DNA of 64,000 bases from the human T2T-CHM13v2.0 reference genome, Homo sapiens. Numbering within the stretch: position 1 is the stretch's first letter; each line of letters opens with the position of its first letter. The translations under genes and the position numbers were made by a program. Where the stretch lies: assembly GCF_009914755.1 (NCBI RefSeq), contig NC_060939.1. One strand, 5' to 3'. A model generated the notes under the pieces. It made no database searches, had not been told where the DNA came from, and was given only the letters and a program-made list of their open reading frames with translations. Positions 13,891 to 25,499 of the stretch are shown here, piece after piece.

Positions 13891-16800
13891 ATTCCATTCG
13901 AGTCCGTTCCATTCCAGTCCATTCCATTCGAGTCAATTCCATTCCATTCAATATCTTTCCATAACGATCCATTCCATTCTATTCCTTTCGATTCCATTCA
14001 ATTCCATTCCATTCTATTTCATTCCATTCGATTCCCTTCCATTGGACTCCTTTCCATTCGAGTGCATTCCATTCCGTTCCATTTCTTTCTGTTCTGTATG
14101 ATTCCTACCGTTCGATTTCATTTTTTCCAGTCTATTCCTTTCAAGTCCATTCCATTCCATTTCACTCCATTCGATTCCATTCCACTCGATTCCCCTCCGT
14201 TCCATTTCATTGCATTCCATTCTATTCAATTCTATTGCATTCCATTCCATTCCATTTGATTACATTCCATGCGATTCCATTCGAATTCGAATCAATTACA
14301 TTGAAATCCATTACTATTGAGTCCGTTTTACTCCAGTCCACTCCATTCTGCTCCATTCCATTTGATTCCATTCCATTGTATTCCATTCCGTACAGTTGCA
14401 TTCCATTGGATTGCATTCAATATCTATAAATGCAACTCGAGACCATTGCTTTTGAGTCCATTCTATATGATTCCATTCCATTCAAGTCCATTACATTTGG
14501 TTCAATTCCATTCCATTCCATTCCCTTCCATTCCATTCCATTTGATATCAATCCATTCGATTCCATTCCATTCGAGCACATTCCAATTGAGTCCATTCCA
14601 TTCGATGCCATTCCATTTGATTCTATTCCATTAGACTCCATTCAATTCCATTAATCTCCATTCCATTCCATTCTACTCCAACTGATTCCATTCCATTCTA
14701 TTCCTTTCCATTCCATTCCATTCCATTCGCTTCTATTCCATTCGTGTCCATTCCACTCCAGTCCATTCCATTCGTGTCCATTCCATTCCAGTCCATTCCA
14801 TTTGTGTCCACCGCATTCCATTCCACTCCATTCCATATTATTCCATTACACTCCATTCCATTCTATTACTTTCATTTGCATTCAGTTCCATTCCATTTGA
14901 TTCCATTCCACTCGGTTTCACTCCATTTGAGTCCATTCCATTCCATTCAATTAAATTCTGTTCCATTCCATTCCATTCCATTCCATTCCATTCGGTACCA
15001 TTCCATATTGTTCCATTCGATTCCATTCGAATCCATTCCATTCCAGTCCATTCCATTCGATTCCATTCCATTCCTTTCAATTCCATTCCATTCCATTCGA
15101 TTCCACTTGATTCCACTCCATTCCCTTCCACTGCATTCCATTCGATTCCATTCCATTGCATTGCATTCCATTCCATTGGATTGCATTCCATTCGATTCCA
15201 TTCCATTCGAATCAATTACATAGCAATCCATTACATTCGAGTCTGTTCTATTCCGTTGCATTCGATTTCGTGCCAATCCATTCGATTCCATTCCATTCGA
15301 TTCCATTCCATACTATTGCATTCCCTTCGATTAAATTATATTCGAATAAATTCCATTCAAGAGCATTTCTGTTGAGTTCATTCTACTTGAGTCCATTCCC
15401 TTTGATTCCATAACATTTGAGTCCATTCAATTCCATTCCTTTCGTTTCCATTCCATTTGATGCCATTCCATTCAATTCTGTTCTACTCGACTCCAATACA
15501 TTCAATTCCATTCCATCCGATTCCATTACATTCTTTTCATTTATTATCCATTTCAAGCCATTCCATTCCATTCCATTCCATTCCACTCGTTTCCTTTCCA
15601 TTCGAGTCCATTCCACTCTAGTCCATTCCATTCGAATCCACTTCACTCCAGTCCATTCCATTCGAATCCGTTTCACTCCAGTCCATTAAATTCGAGTACA
15701 TTCCATTCCATTCTATTCAATGCCATTCCATTCGATTCTATTCCATTCGACACCATTCCTTTCCATTCCGTTCCATCCGATTCCATTCCATTGTATTCCA
15801 TTCAATTTCATTCCATTGCATTCCATTCGTTTCCATTCCATTCGAATTCATTCCACTCAAGTCCATTCCATTTGAGTCCATTCCATTCGATATCATTCCA
15901 TACTATTGCATTCCATTCGATTCCATTGTTTTCGAATAAATTCCAACCGAGACCATTCCTTTCGTGTCCTTTCTATTTGACTGCATTCCATTTGAGTCCA
16001 TTAAATTTCTGCACATTCCATTCCTTTCCATTCCATTCCATTCCATTCCTTTCGGTGCCATTCCATTCCACTCTACTCCATTCAAGTCCATTCCATTTGA
16101 GTCCATTCCATTGATTCGATGCCATTACATTCAATTCTATTCCATTCGAATCCATTCCATTCCATTTCCTTCCAAACGATTCCATTCCATTCTATTACTT
16201 TCTATTCCAATCCATTCCATTCCGTTCCATTCGTTTCCATTCCATTCGAGTCCACTCCATTCCATTCCATACCATTCGATTCCATTCCATTCCAGTCCAT
16301 TCCATTCAAGTCCATTCCACTGCATTCCATTCCATTCGATATCTTTTGATAACACCCCATTCCATTCTGCTCCTTACAATTCAATTCAATTCCAGTCCAT
16401 TTGATTCCATTCCATTTGATTACATTCCATTCGACTCCATTCCATTCGACTCTATTCCATTCGAGTCCATTCCATTCCATTCCATTGCATTCCGTTCGAA
16501 TCGCTATTCCATTCCATTTTGTTACTGTCCATTCCATTTGAGTCCATTCCATGCCAAACCATTTCATTCGATTCCATTCCAATAGATTCCATTGCACTCG
16601 AATCCAGTGCGTTCCATTCCATTGCTTTCCATTCTATTACATTCCATTGCATTACATTCCATTCCAATTGATTGCATTCCATTCACTTCCATTAATTTCG
16701 AATCAATTACATTGCAATCCATTGCATTCGAGTTCTATTCCAGTCCATTGCATACCGGCGCATTCCGTTCCATTCCATTCCATTCGATTCCGTTCCATTC

Positions 16801-19700
16801 AAATCGATTGCATTGCAATGCATTACATTCGAGTCCGTTTTATTCCAGTCCAATCCATTCCGTTCCATTCCGTTCGATTCCATTCCATTCGATGCCACTC
16901 CATACTATTGTATTTCATTCGATTCCATTCTATTCAAATAAATTCCATTCGAGACCATTCCTTTCATGTCCATTCTATTTGAGTCCATTCCATTCGAGTC
17001 CATTATATTTGGGTCCATTCCATTCAATTCCATTGCAATCCATTCCATTCGATGTCACTCCATTCATTTCTATTCCATTAGAGTCCATGTCATTCGAGTC
17101 CATTCCATTCTATACCATTCCACTCCATTCCATTCCATTCCACTCCATTCCATTCGTTGCCGTTCCATTCAATTCTATTATATTCCACTCCATTTAATTC
17201 CATTCCATTCCATTCCATTCCATTCCATTCTATCCAATTCCGTTCCATTCTATTCCTTTAAAGTCCATTCCATTCCATTCCATTCGTTTCCATTCCATTC
17301 GAGTAAAGTCCACTCCAGTCCTTTCCATTCGAGTCCATTCCTCTCCAGTCCATTCCGTTCAATCCATTCCATTCCAGTCCATTCCATTCGAGTCCGTTCC
17401 ATTCCAGTCCATTCCATTCGAGTCAATTCCATTCCATTCGATATCTTTCCATAACGATCCATTCCATTCTATTCCTTTCGATTCCATTCAATTCCATTCC
17501 ATTCTATTTCATTCCATTCGATTCCCTTCCATTGGACTCCTTTCCATTCGAGTGCATTCCATTCCGTTCCATTTCTTTCTGTTCTGTATGATTCCTACCG
17601 TTCGATTTCATTTTGTTCCAGTCTATTCCTTTCAAGTCCATTCCATTCCATTTCACTCCATTCGATTCCATTCCACTCGATTCCCCTCCGTTCCATTTCA
17701 TTGCATTCCATTCTATTCAATTCTATTGCATTCCATTCCATTCCATTTGATTACATTCCATGCGATTCCATTCGAATTCGAATCAATTACATTGAAATCC
17801 ATTACTATTGAGTCCGTTTTACTCCAGTCCACTCCATTCCGCTCCATTCCATTTGATTCCATTCCATTCTATTCCATTCCGTACAGTTGCATTCCATTGG
17901 ATTGCATTCAATATCTATAAATGCAACTCGAGACCATTGCTTTTGAGTCCATTCTATATGATTCCATTCCATTCAAGTCCATTACATTTGGTTCAATTCC
18001 ATTCCATTCCATTCCCTTCCATTCCATTCCATTTGATATCAATCCATTCGATTCCATTCCATTCGAGCACATTCCAATTGAGTCCATTCCATTCGATGCC
18101 ATTCCATTTGATTCTATTCCATTAGACTCCATTCAATTCCATTAATCTCCATTCCATTCCATTCTACTCCAACTGATTCCATTCCATTCTATTCCTTTCC
18201 ATTCCATTCCATTCCATTCGCTTCTATTCCATTCGTGTCCATTCCACTCCAGTCCATTCCATTCGTGTCCATTCCATTCCAGTCCATTCCATTTGTGTCC
18301 ACCGCATTCCATTCCACTCCATTCCATATTATTCCATTACACTCCATTCCATTCTATTACTTTCATTTGCATTCAGTTCCATTCCATTTGATTCCATTCC
18401 ACTCGGTTTCACTCCATTTGAGTCCATTCCATTCCATTCAATTAAATTCTGTTCCATTCCATTCCATTCCATTCCATTCCATTCGGTACCATTCCATATT
18501 GTTCCATTCGATTCCATTCGAATCCATTCCATTCCAGTCCATTCCATTCGATTCCATTCCATTCCTTTCAATTCCATTCCATTCCATTCGATTCCACTTG
18601 ATTCCACTCCATTCCCTTCCACTGCATTCCATTCGATTCCATTCCATTGCATTGCATTCCATTCCATTGGATTGCATTCCATTCGATTCCATTCCATTCG
18701 AATCAATTACATAGCAATCCATTACATTCGAGTCTGTTCTATTCCGTTGCATTCGATTTCGTGCCAATCCATTCGATTCCATTCCATTCGATTCCATTCC
18801 ATACTATTGCATTCCCTTCGATTAAATTATATTCGAATAAATTCCATTCAAGAGCATTTCTGTTGAGTTCATTCTACTTGAGTCCATTCCCTTTGATTCC
18901 ATAACATTTGAGTCCATTCAATTCCATTCCTTTCGTTTCCATTCCATTTGATGCCATTCCATTCAATTCTGTTCTACTCGACTCCAATACATTCAATTCC
19001 ATTCCATCCGATTCCATTACATTCTTTTCATTTATTATCCATTTCAAGCCATTCCATTCCATTCCATTCCACTCGTTTCCTTTCCATTCGAGTCCATTCC
19101 ACTCTAGTCCATTCCATTCGAATCCACTTCACTCCAGTCCATTCCATTCGAATCCGTTTCACTCCAGTCCATTAAATTCGAGTACATTCCATTCCATTCT
19201 ATTCAATGCCATTCCATTCGATTCTATTCCATTCGACACCATTCCTTTCCATTCCGTTCCATCCGATTCCATTCCATTGTATTCCATTCAATTTCATTCC
19301 ATTGCATTCCATTCGTTTCCATTCCATTCGAATTCATTCCACTCAAGTCCATTCCATTTGAGTCCATTCCATTCGATATCATTCCATACTATTGCATTCC
19401 ATTCGATTCCATTGTTTTCGAATAAATTCCAACCGAGACCATTCCTTTCGTGTCCTTTCTATTTGACTGCATTCCATTTGAGTCCATTAAATTTCTGCAC
19501 ATTCCATTCCTTTCCATTCCATTCCATTCCATTCCTTTCGGTGCCATTCCATTCCACTCCACTCCATTCAAGTCCATTCCATTTGAGTCCATTCCATTGA
19601 TTCGATGCCATTACATTCAATTCTATTCCATTCGAATCCATTCCATTCCATTTCCTTCCAAACGATTCCATTCCATTCTATTACTTTCTATTCCAATCCA
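12700..19700 (+). repeat. Near-identical pair of 3.5-kb units (offset 3490-3491 bp)
   Basis: Identical ORF translations at 14744/18235, 14838/18329, 14947/18438 and 15156/18647. Shared private variants: 'gtgccaatcc', 'agagcatttc', 'tttattatcc', 'ctctagtcc', 'gaatcgctattcc'. Ends are approximate. Confidence 0.85.
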
Positions 19701-22700
19701 TTCCATTCCGTTCCATTCGTTTCCATTCCATTCGAGTCCACTCCATTCCATTCCATTCCATTCCATTCCATTCCATTCCAGTCCATTCCATTCAAGTCCA
19801 TTCCACTGCATTCCATTCCATTCGATATCTTTTGATAACACCCCATTCCATTCTGCTCCTTACAATTCAATTCAATTCCAGTCCATTTGATTCCATTCCA
19901 TTTGATTACATTCCATTCGACTCCATTCCATTCGACTCTATTCCATTCGAGTCCATTCCATTCCATTCCATTGCATTCCGTTCGAATCCCTATTCCATTC
20001 CATTTTGTTATTGTCCATTCCATTTGAGTCCATTCCATGCCAAACCATTTCATTCGATTCCATTCCAATAGATTCTATTGCACTCAAATCCAGTGCGTTC
20101 CATTCCATTGCTTTCCATTCTATTACATTCCATTGCATTACATTCCATTCCATTTGATTGCATTCCATTCAATTCCATTAATTTCGAATCAATTACATTG
20201 CAATCCATTGCATTCGAGTTCTATTCCAGTCCATTGCATTCCGGCGCATTCCGTTCCAATCCATTCCATTCGATTCCGTTCCATTCGAATCGATTGCATT
20301 GCAATGCATTACTTTCGAGTCCGTTTTATTCCAGTCCAATCCATTCCGGTCCATTCCGTTCGATTCCATTCCATTCGATGCCACTCCATACTATTGTATT
20401 TCATTCGATTCCATTCCATTCAAATAAATTCCATTCGAGACCATTCCTTTCATGTCCATTCTATTTGAGTCCATTCCATTGGAGTCCATTATATTTGGGT
20501 CCATTCCATTCAATTCCATTGCAATCCATTCCATTCGATGTCACTCCATTCATTTCTATTCCATTAGAGTCCATGTCATTCGAGTCCATTCCATTCTATT
20601 CTATTCCACTCCATTCCATTCCATTCCACTCCATTCCATTCGTTGCCGTTCCATTCAATTCTATTATATTCCACTCCATTTAATTCCATTCCATTCCATT
20701 CCATTCCATTCTATCCAATTCCGTTCCATTCTATTCCTTTAAAGTCCATTCCATTCCATTCCATTCGTTTCCATTCCATTCGAGTAAAGTCCACTCCAGT
20801 CCTTTCCATTCGAGTCCATTCCTCTCCAGTCCATTCCGTTCAATCCATTCCATTCCAGTCCATTCCATTCGAGTCCGTTCCATTCCAGTCCATTCCATTC
20901 GAGTCAATTCCATTCCATTCGATGTCTTTCCATAAATATCCATTCCATTCTATTCCTTTCGATTCCATTCAGTTCTATTTCATTCCATTCGATTCCCTTC
21001 CATTGGACTCCTTTCCATTCGAGTGCATTCCATTCTGTTCCATTTCTTTCCGTTCTGTACGATTCCTACCGTTCGATTTCATTTTGTTCCAGTCCTTTTC
21101 TTTCGCGTCCATTCCATTCCATTTCACTCCATTCGATTCCATTCCACTCGATTCCACTTCATTCCATTTCATTGCATTCCATTCTATTCAACTCTATTGC
21201 CTTCCATTCCATTCCATTCGATTACATTCCATGCGATTCCATTCGAAATCGAATAAATTACATTGCAATCCATTACTAATGAGTCCGTTTTATTCCAGTC
21301 CACTGCATTCTGGTCCATTGCATTTGATTCCATTCCATTCTATTCCATTCCATACAGTTGCATTCCATTGGATTCCATTCTATATCTATAAATTCAATTC
21401 GAGACCATTGCTTTGGAGTCCATTCTATATGATTCCATTCCATTCATGTCCATTACATTTGGATCCATTCCATTCCATTCCATTAACTTCCATTCCATTC
21501 CATTTGATATCAATCCATTCGATTCCATTCCATTCGAGCACATTCCATTCGAGTCCATTCCATTCGATGCCATTCCATTTGATTCTATTCCATTAGTCTC
21601 CATTCAATTCCATTAATCTCCATTCCATTCCATTCTACTCCAACTGATTCCATTCCATTCTATTCCTTTCCATTCCATTTCATTCCAGTAGGTTCTATTT
21701 CATTCCATTTCATTCCATTCCATTCCATTTCATTCCATTCCATTCAATTCGCTTCCATTCCTTTCGTGTCCATTCCACTCCAGTCCATTCCACTCGTGTC
21801 CATTCCATTCCAGTCCATTCCATTTGTGTCTACTGCATTCCATTCCACTCCATTTCATATTATTCCATTACACTCCATTGCATTCTATTACTTTCATTTC
21901 CTTTCAATTCCATTCCATTTGATTCCATTCCACTCGGTTTCATTCCATTTGAGTCCATTCCTTTCCATTCCATTCCATTCCATTCCATTCCATTCCATTC
22001 CATTCCATTCCATTCCTTTCCATTCAGTTCCATTCCATTCTGTTCCATTTCATTCCATTCCATTCCATTCCATTCGGTAGCATTCCATATTGTTCCATTC
22101 GATTCCATTCGAATCCATTCCATTCCAGTCCATTCCATTCGATTCCATTCCATTCCTTTCAATACAATTCCATTCCACTTAATTCCACTCCATTCCCTTC
22201 CACTGCATTCCATTCGAATCCATTCAATTGCATTCCATTCCATTCCATTGGATTGCATTCCATTCGATTCCATTCCATTCGAATCAATTACATAGCAATC
22301 CATTACATTCGAGTCTATTCTATTCCGTTCCATTCGATTTCTTTCCAATGCATTCGATTACATTCCATTCGATTCCTTTCCATACTATTGCATTCCATTC
22401 GATTAAATTATATTCGAATAAGTTCCATTCAAGACCATTTCTTTTGAGTCCATTCTATTTGAGTCCATTCCCTTTGATTCCATAACATTTGAGTCCATTC
22501 AATTCCATTCCTTTCGTTTCCATTCCATTTGATGCCATTGCATTCAGTTCTGTTCTACTCGACTCCAATACATTCAATTCCATTCTATCCGATTCCAATA
22601 CATTCTTTTCATTTCGTATCCATTTCCAGCCATTCCATTCCATTCCATTCCACTCGTTTCCTTTCCATTCGAGTCCATTCCTCTCCAGTCCATTCCGTTC

Positions 22701-25499
22701 AATCCATTCCATTCCAGTCCATTCCTTTCGAGTCTGTTCCATTCCAGTCCATTCCATTCGAGTCAATTCCATTCCATTCGATGTCTTTCCGTAACGATCC
22801 ATTCCATTCTATTCCTTTCGATTCCATTCCATTCTATTTCATTCCATTCGATTCCCTTCCATTGGACTCCTTTCCATTCGAGTGCATTCCATTCCGTTCC
22901 ATTTCTTTCCGTTCTGTACGATTCCTACCGTTCGATTTCATTTTGTTCCAGTCCATTCCTTTCGCGTCCATTCCATTCCATTTCACTCCATTCGATTCCG
23001 TTCCATTCGATTCCATTCCACTCGATTCCACTTCGTTCCATTTCATTGCATTCCATTCTATTCAACTCTATTGCCTTCCATTCCATTCCATTCGATTACA
23101 TTCCATGCGATTCCATTCGAAATCGAATCAATTAGATTGCAATCCATTACTATTGAGTCCGTTTTATTCCAGTCCACTGCATTCTGGTCCATTCCATTTG
23201 ATTCCATTCCATTCTATTCCATTCCATACAGTTGCATTCCATTGGATTCCATTCTATATCTATAAATTCAATTCGAGACCATTGCTTTTGAGTCCATTCT
23301 ATATGATTCCATTCCATTCAAGTCCATTACATTTGGTTCAATTCCATTCCATTCCATTCCCTTCCATTCCATTCCATTTGATATCAATCCATTCGATTCC
23401 ATTCCATTCGAGCACATTCCATTCGAGTCCATTCCATTCGATGCCATTCCATTTGATTCTATTCCATTAGTCTCCATTCAATTCCATTAATCTCAATTCC
23501 ATTCCATTCTACTCCAACTGATTTCATTCCATTCTATTCCTTTCCATTCCATTTCATTCCATTCCATTCCATTCGCTTCCATTCCATTCGTGTCCATTCC
23601 ACTCCAGTCCATTCCATTCATGTCCATTCCATTCCAGTCCATTCCATTTGTGTCCAATGCATTCCATTCCACTCCATTCCATATTATTCCATTACACTCC
23701 ATTCCATTCTATTACTTTCATTTCCATTCAGTTCCATTCCATTTGATTCCATTCCACTCGGTTTCATTCCATTTGAGTCCACTCCATTCCATTCCATTCC
23801 ATTCCATTTAGTTCCATTCCATTCTGTTCCAATCCATTCCATTCCATTGCATTCCATTCCATTCGGTAACATTCCATATTGTTCCACTCGATTCCATTCG
23901 AATCCATTCCATTCCAGTCCATTCCATTCGATTCCATTCCATTCCTTTACATTCCATTCCATTCCATTCCATTCCACTTGATTCCACTCCATTCCCTTCC
24001 ACTGCATTCCATTCGATTCCATTCCATTGCTTTGCATTCCATTCCATTGGACTGCATTCCATTCGATTCCATTCTTTTCGAATCAATTACATAGCAATCC
24101 ATTACATTCGAGTCTATTCTATTCCGTTCCATTCGATTTCGTTCCAATCCATTCGATTCCATTCCATTCGATTCCATTCCATACTATTGCATTCCATTCT
24201 ATTACATTATATTCGAATAAGTTCCATTCAAGACCATTTCTTTTGAGTCCATTCTATTTGAGTCCATTCCCTTTGATTCCATAACATTTGAGTCCATTCA
24301 ATTCCATTCCTTTCGTTTCCATTCCATTTGATGCCATTCCATTCAATTCTGTTCTACTCGACTCCAATACATTCAATTCCATTCCATCCGATTCCATTAC
24401 ATTCTTTTCATTTCTTATCCATTTCTAGCCATTCCACTCCATTCCATTCCACTCGTTTCCTTTCCATTCGAGTCCATTCCTCTCCAGTCCATTCCGTTCA
24501 ATCCATTCCATTCCAGTCCATTCCATTCGAGTCCGTTCCATTCCAGTCCATTCCATTCGAGTCAATTCCATTCCATTCGATGTCTTTCCATAACGATCCA
24601 TTCCATTCTATTCCTTTCAATTCCATTCCATTCTATTTCATTCCATTCGATTCCCTTCCATTGGACTCCTTTCCATTCGAGTGCATTCCATTCCGTTCCA
24701 TTTCTTTCCGTTCTGTACGATTCCTACCGTTCGATTTCATTTTGTTCCAGTCCATTCCTTTCGCGTCCATTCCATTCCATTTCACTCCATTCGATTCCAT
24801 TCCACTCGATTCCACTTCGTTCCATTTCATTGCATTCCATTCTATTCAACTCCATTGCCTTCCTTTCCATTCCATTCGATTACATTCCATGCGATTCCAT
24901 TCGAAATCGAATCAATTACATTGCAATCCATTACTATTGAGTCCGTTTTATTCCAGTCCACTGCATTCTGGTCCATTCCATTTGATTCCATTCCATTCTA
25001 TTCCATTCCATACAGTTGCATTCCATTGGATTCCATTCTATATCTATAAATTCAATTCGAGCTCATTGCTTTGGAGTCCATTCTATATGATTCCATTCCA
25101 TTCAAGTCCATTACATTTGGTTCAATTCCATTCCATTCCATTCCCTTCCATTCCATTCCAGTTGATATCAATCCATTCGATTCCATTCCATTCGAGCACA
25201 TTCCATTCGAGTCCATTCCATTCGATGCCATTCCATTTGATTCTATTCCATTAGTCTCCATTCAAATCCATTAATCTCCATTCCATTCCATTCTACTCCA
25301 ACTGATTCCATTCCATTCTATTCCTTTCCATTCCATTTCATTCCATTCCATTGCATTTCATTCCATTCCATTCCATTCGCTTCCATTCCATTCGTGTCCA
25401 TTCCACTCCAGTCCATTCCATTCATGTCCATTCCATTCCAGTCCATTCCATTTGTGTCCACTGCATTCCATTCCACTCCATTCCATATTATTCCATTGC

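Larger units (their letters stand above)
1..20800 (+). repeat. HSat3 sub-array with ~3.5-kb higher-order unit (~6 copies including structural variants)
   Basis: The landmark 'ccctttgattccataa' ('ccctttgatcccataa' in the first copy; end of the ...PFPLIP ORFs) ends at 588, 3452, 6983, 10453, 15413, 18904 and 22485, giving spacings of 2864, 3531, 3470, 4960, 3491 and 3581. The domain-specific motif 'ccggcgcattcc' occurs at ~1934, 4789, 8314, 11784, 13265, 16755 and 20241 and was not seen afterwards. Confidence 0.93.

Noticed and set aside
3384-20430. AATAAA hexamers (three per 3.5-kb unit) and TATAAA in 'tatctataaa' as polyA or TATA signals
   Set aside because: They are parts of the repeated subunit cassette in AT-rich satellite, with no supporting gene context. 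AATAAA becomes AATAAG in the 1.8-kb units.
1-20800. Identification of the 3.5-kb unit as Y-chromosome DYZ1 (~3.56 kb)
   Set aside because: Only the size is similar. I saw no regular HaeIII (GGCC) site per unit, which classically defines DYZ1, and the unit is contiguous with a 1.8-kb KpnI array. An alignment is needed to assess relatedness.
21681-21700. 'cattccagtaggttctattt' as a possible foreign insertion or transposon remnant
   Set aside because: It is only ~20 bp, keeps the pentamer phase and has no target-site duplication or poly(A). Mutated satellite explains it better.
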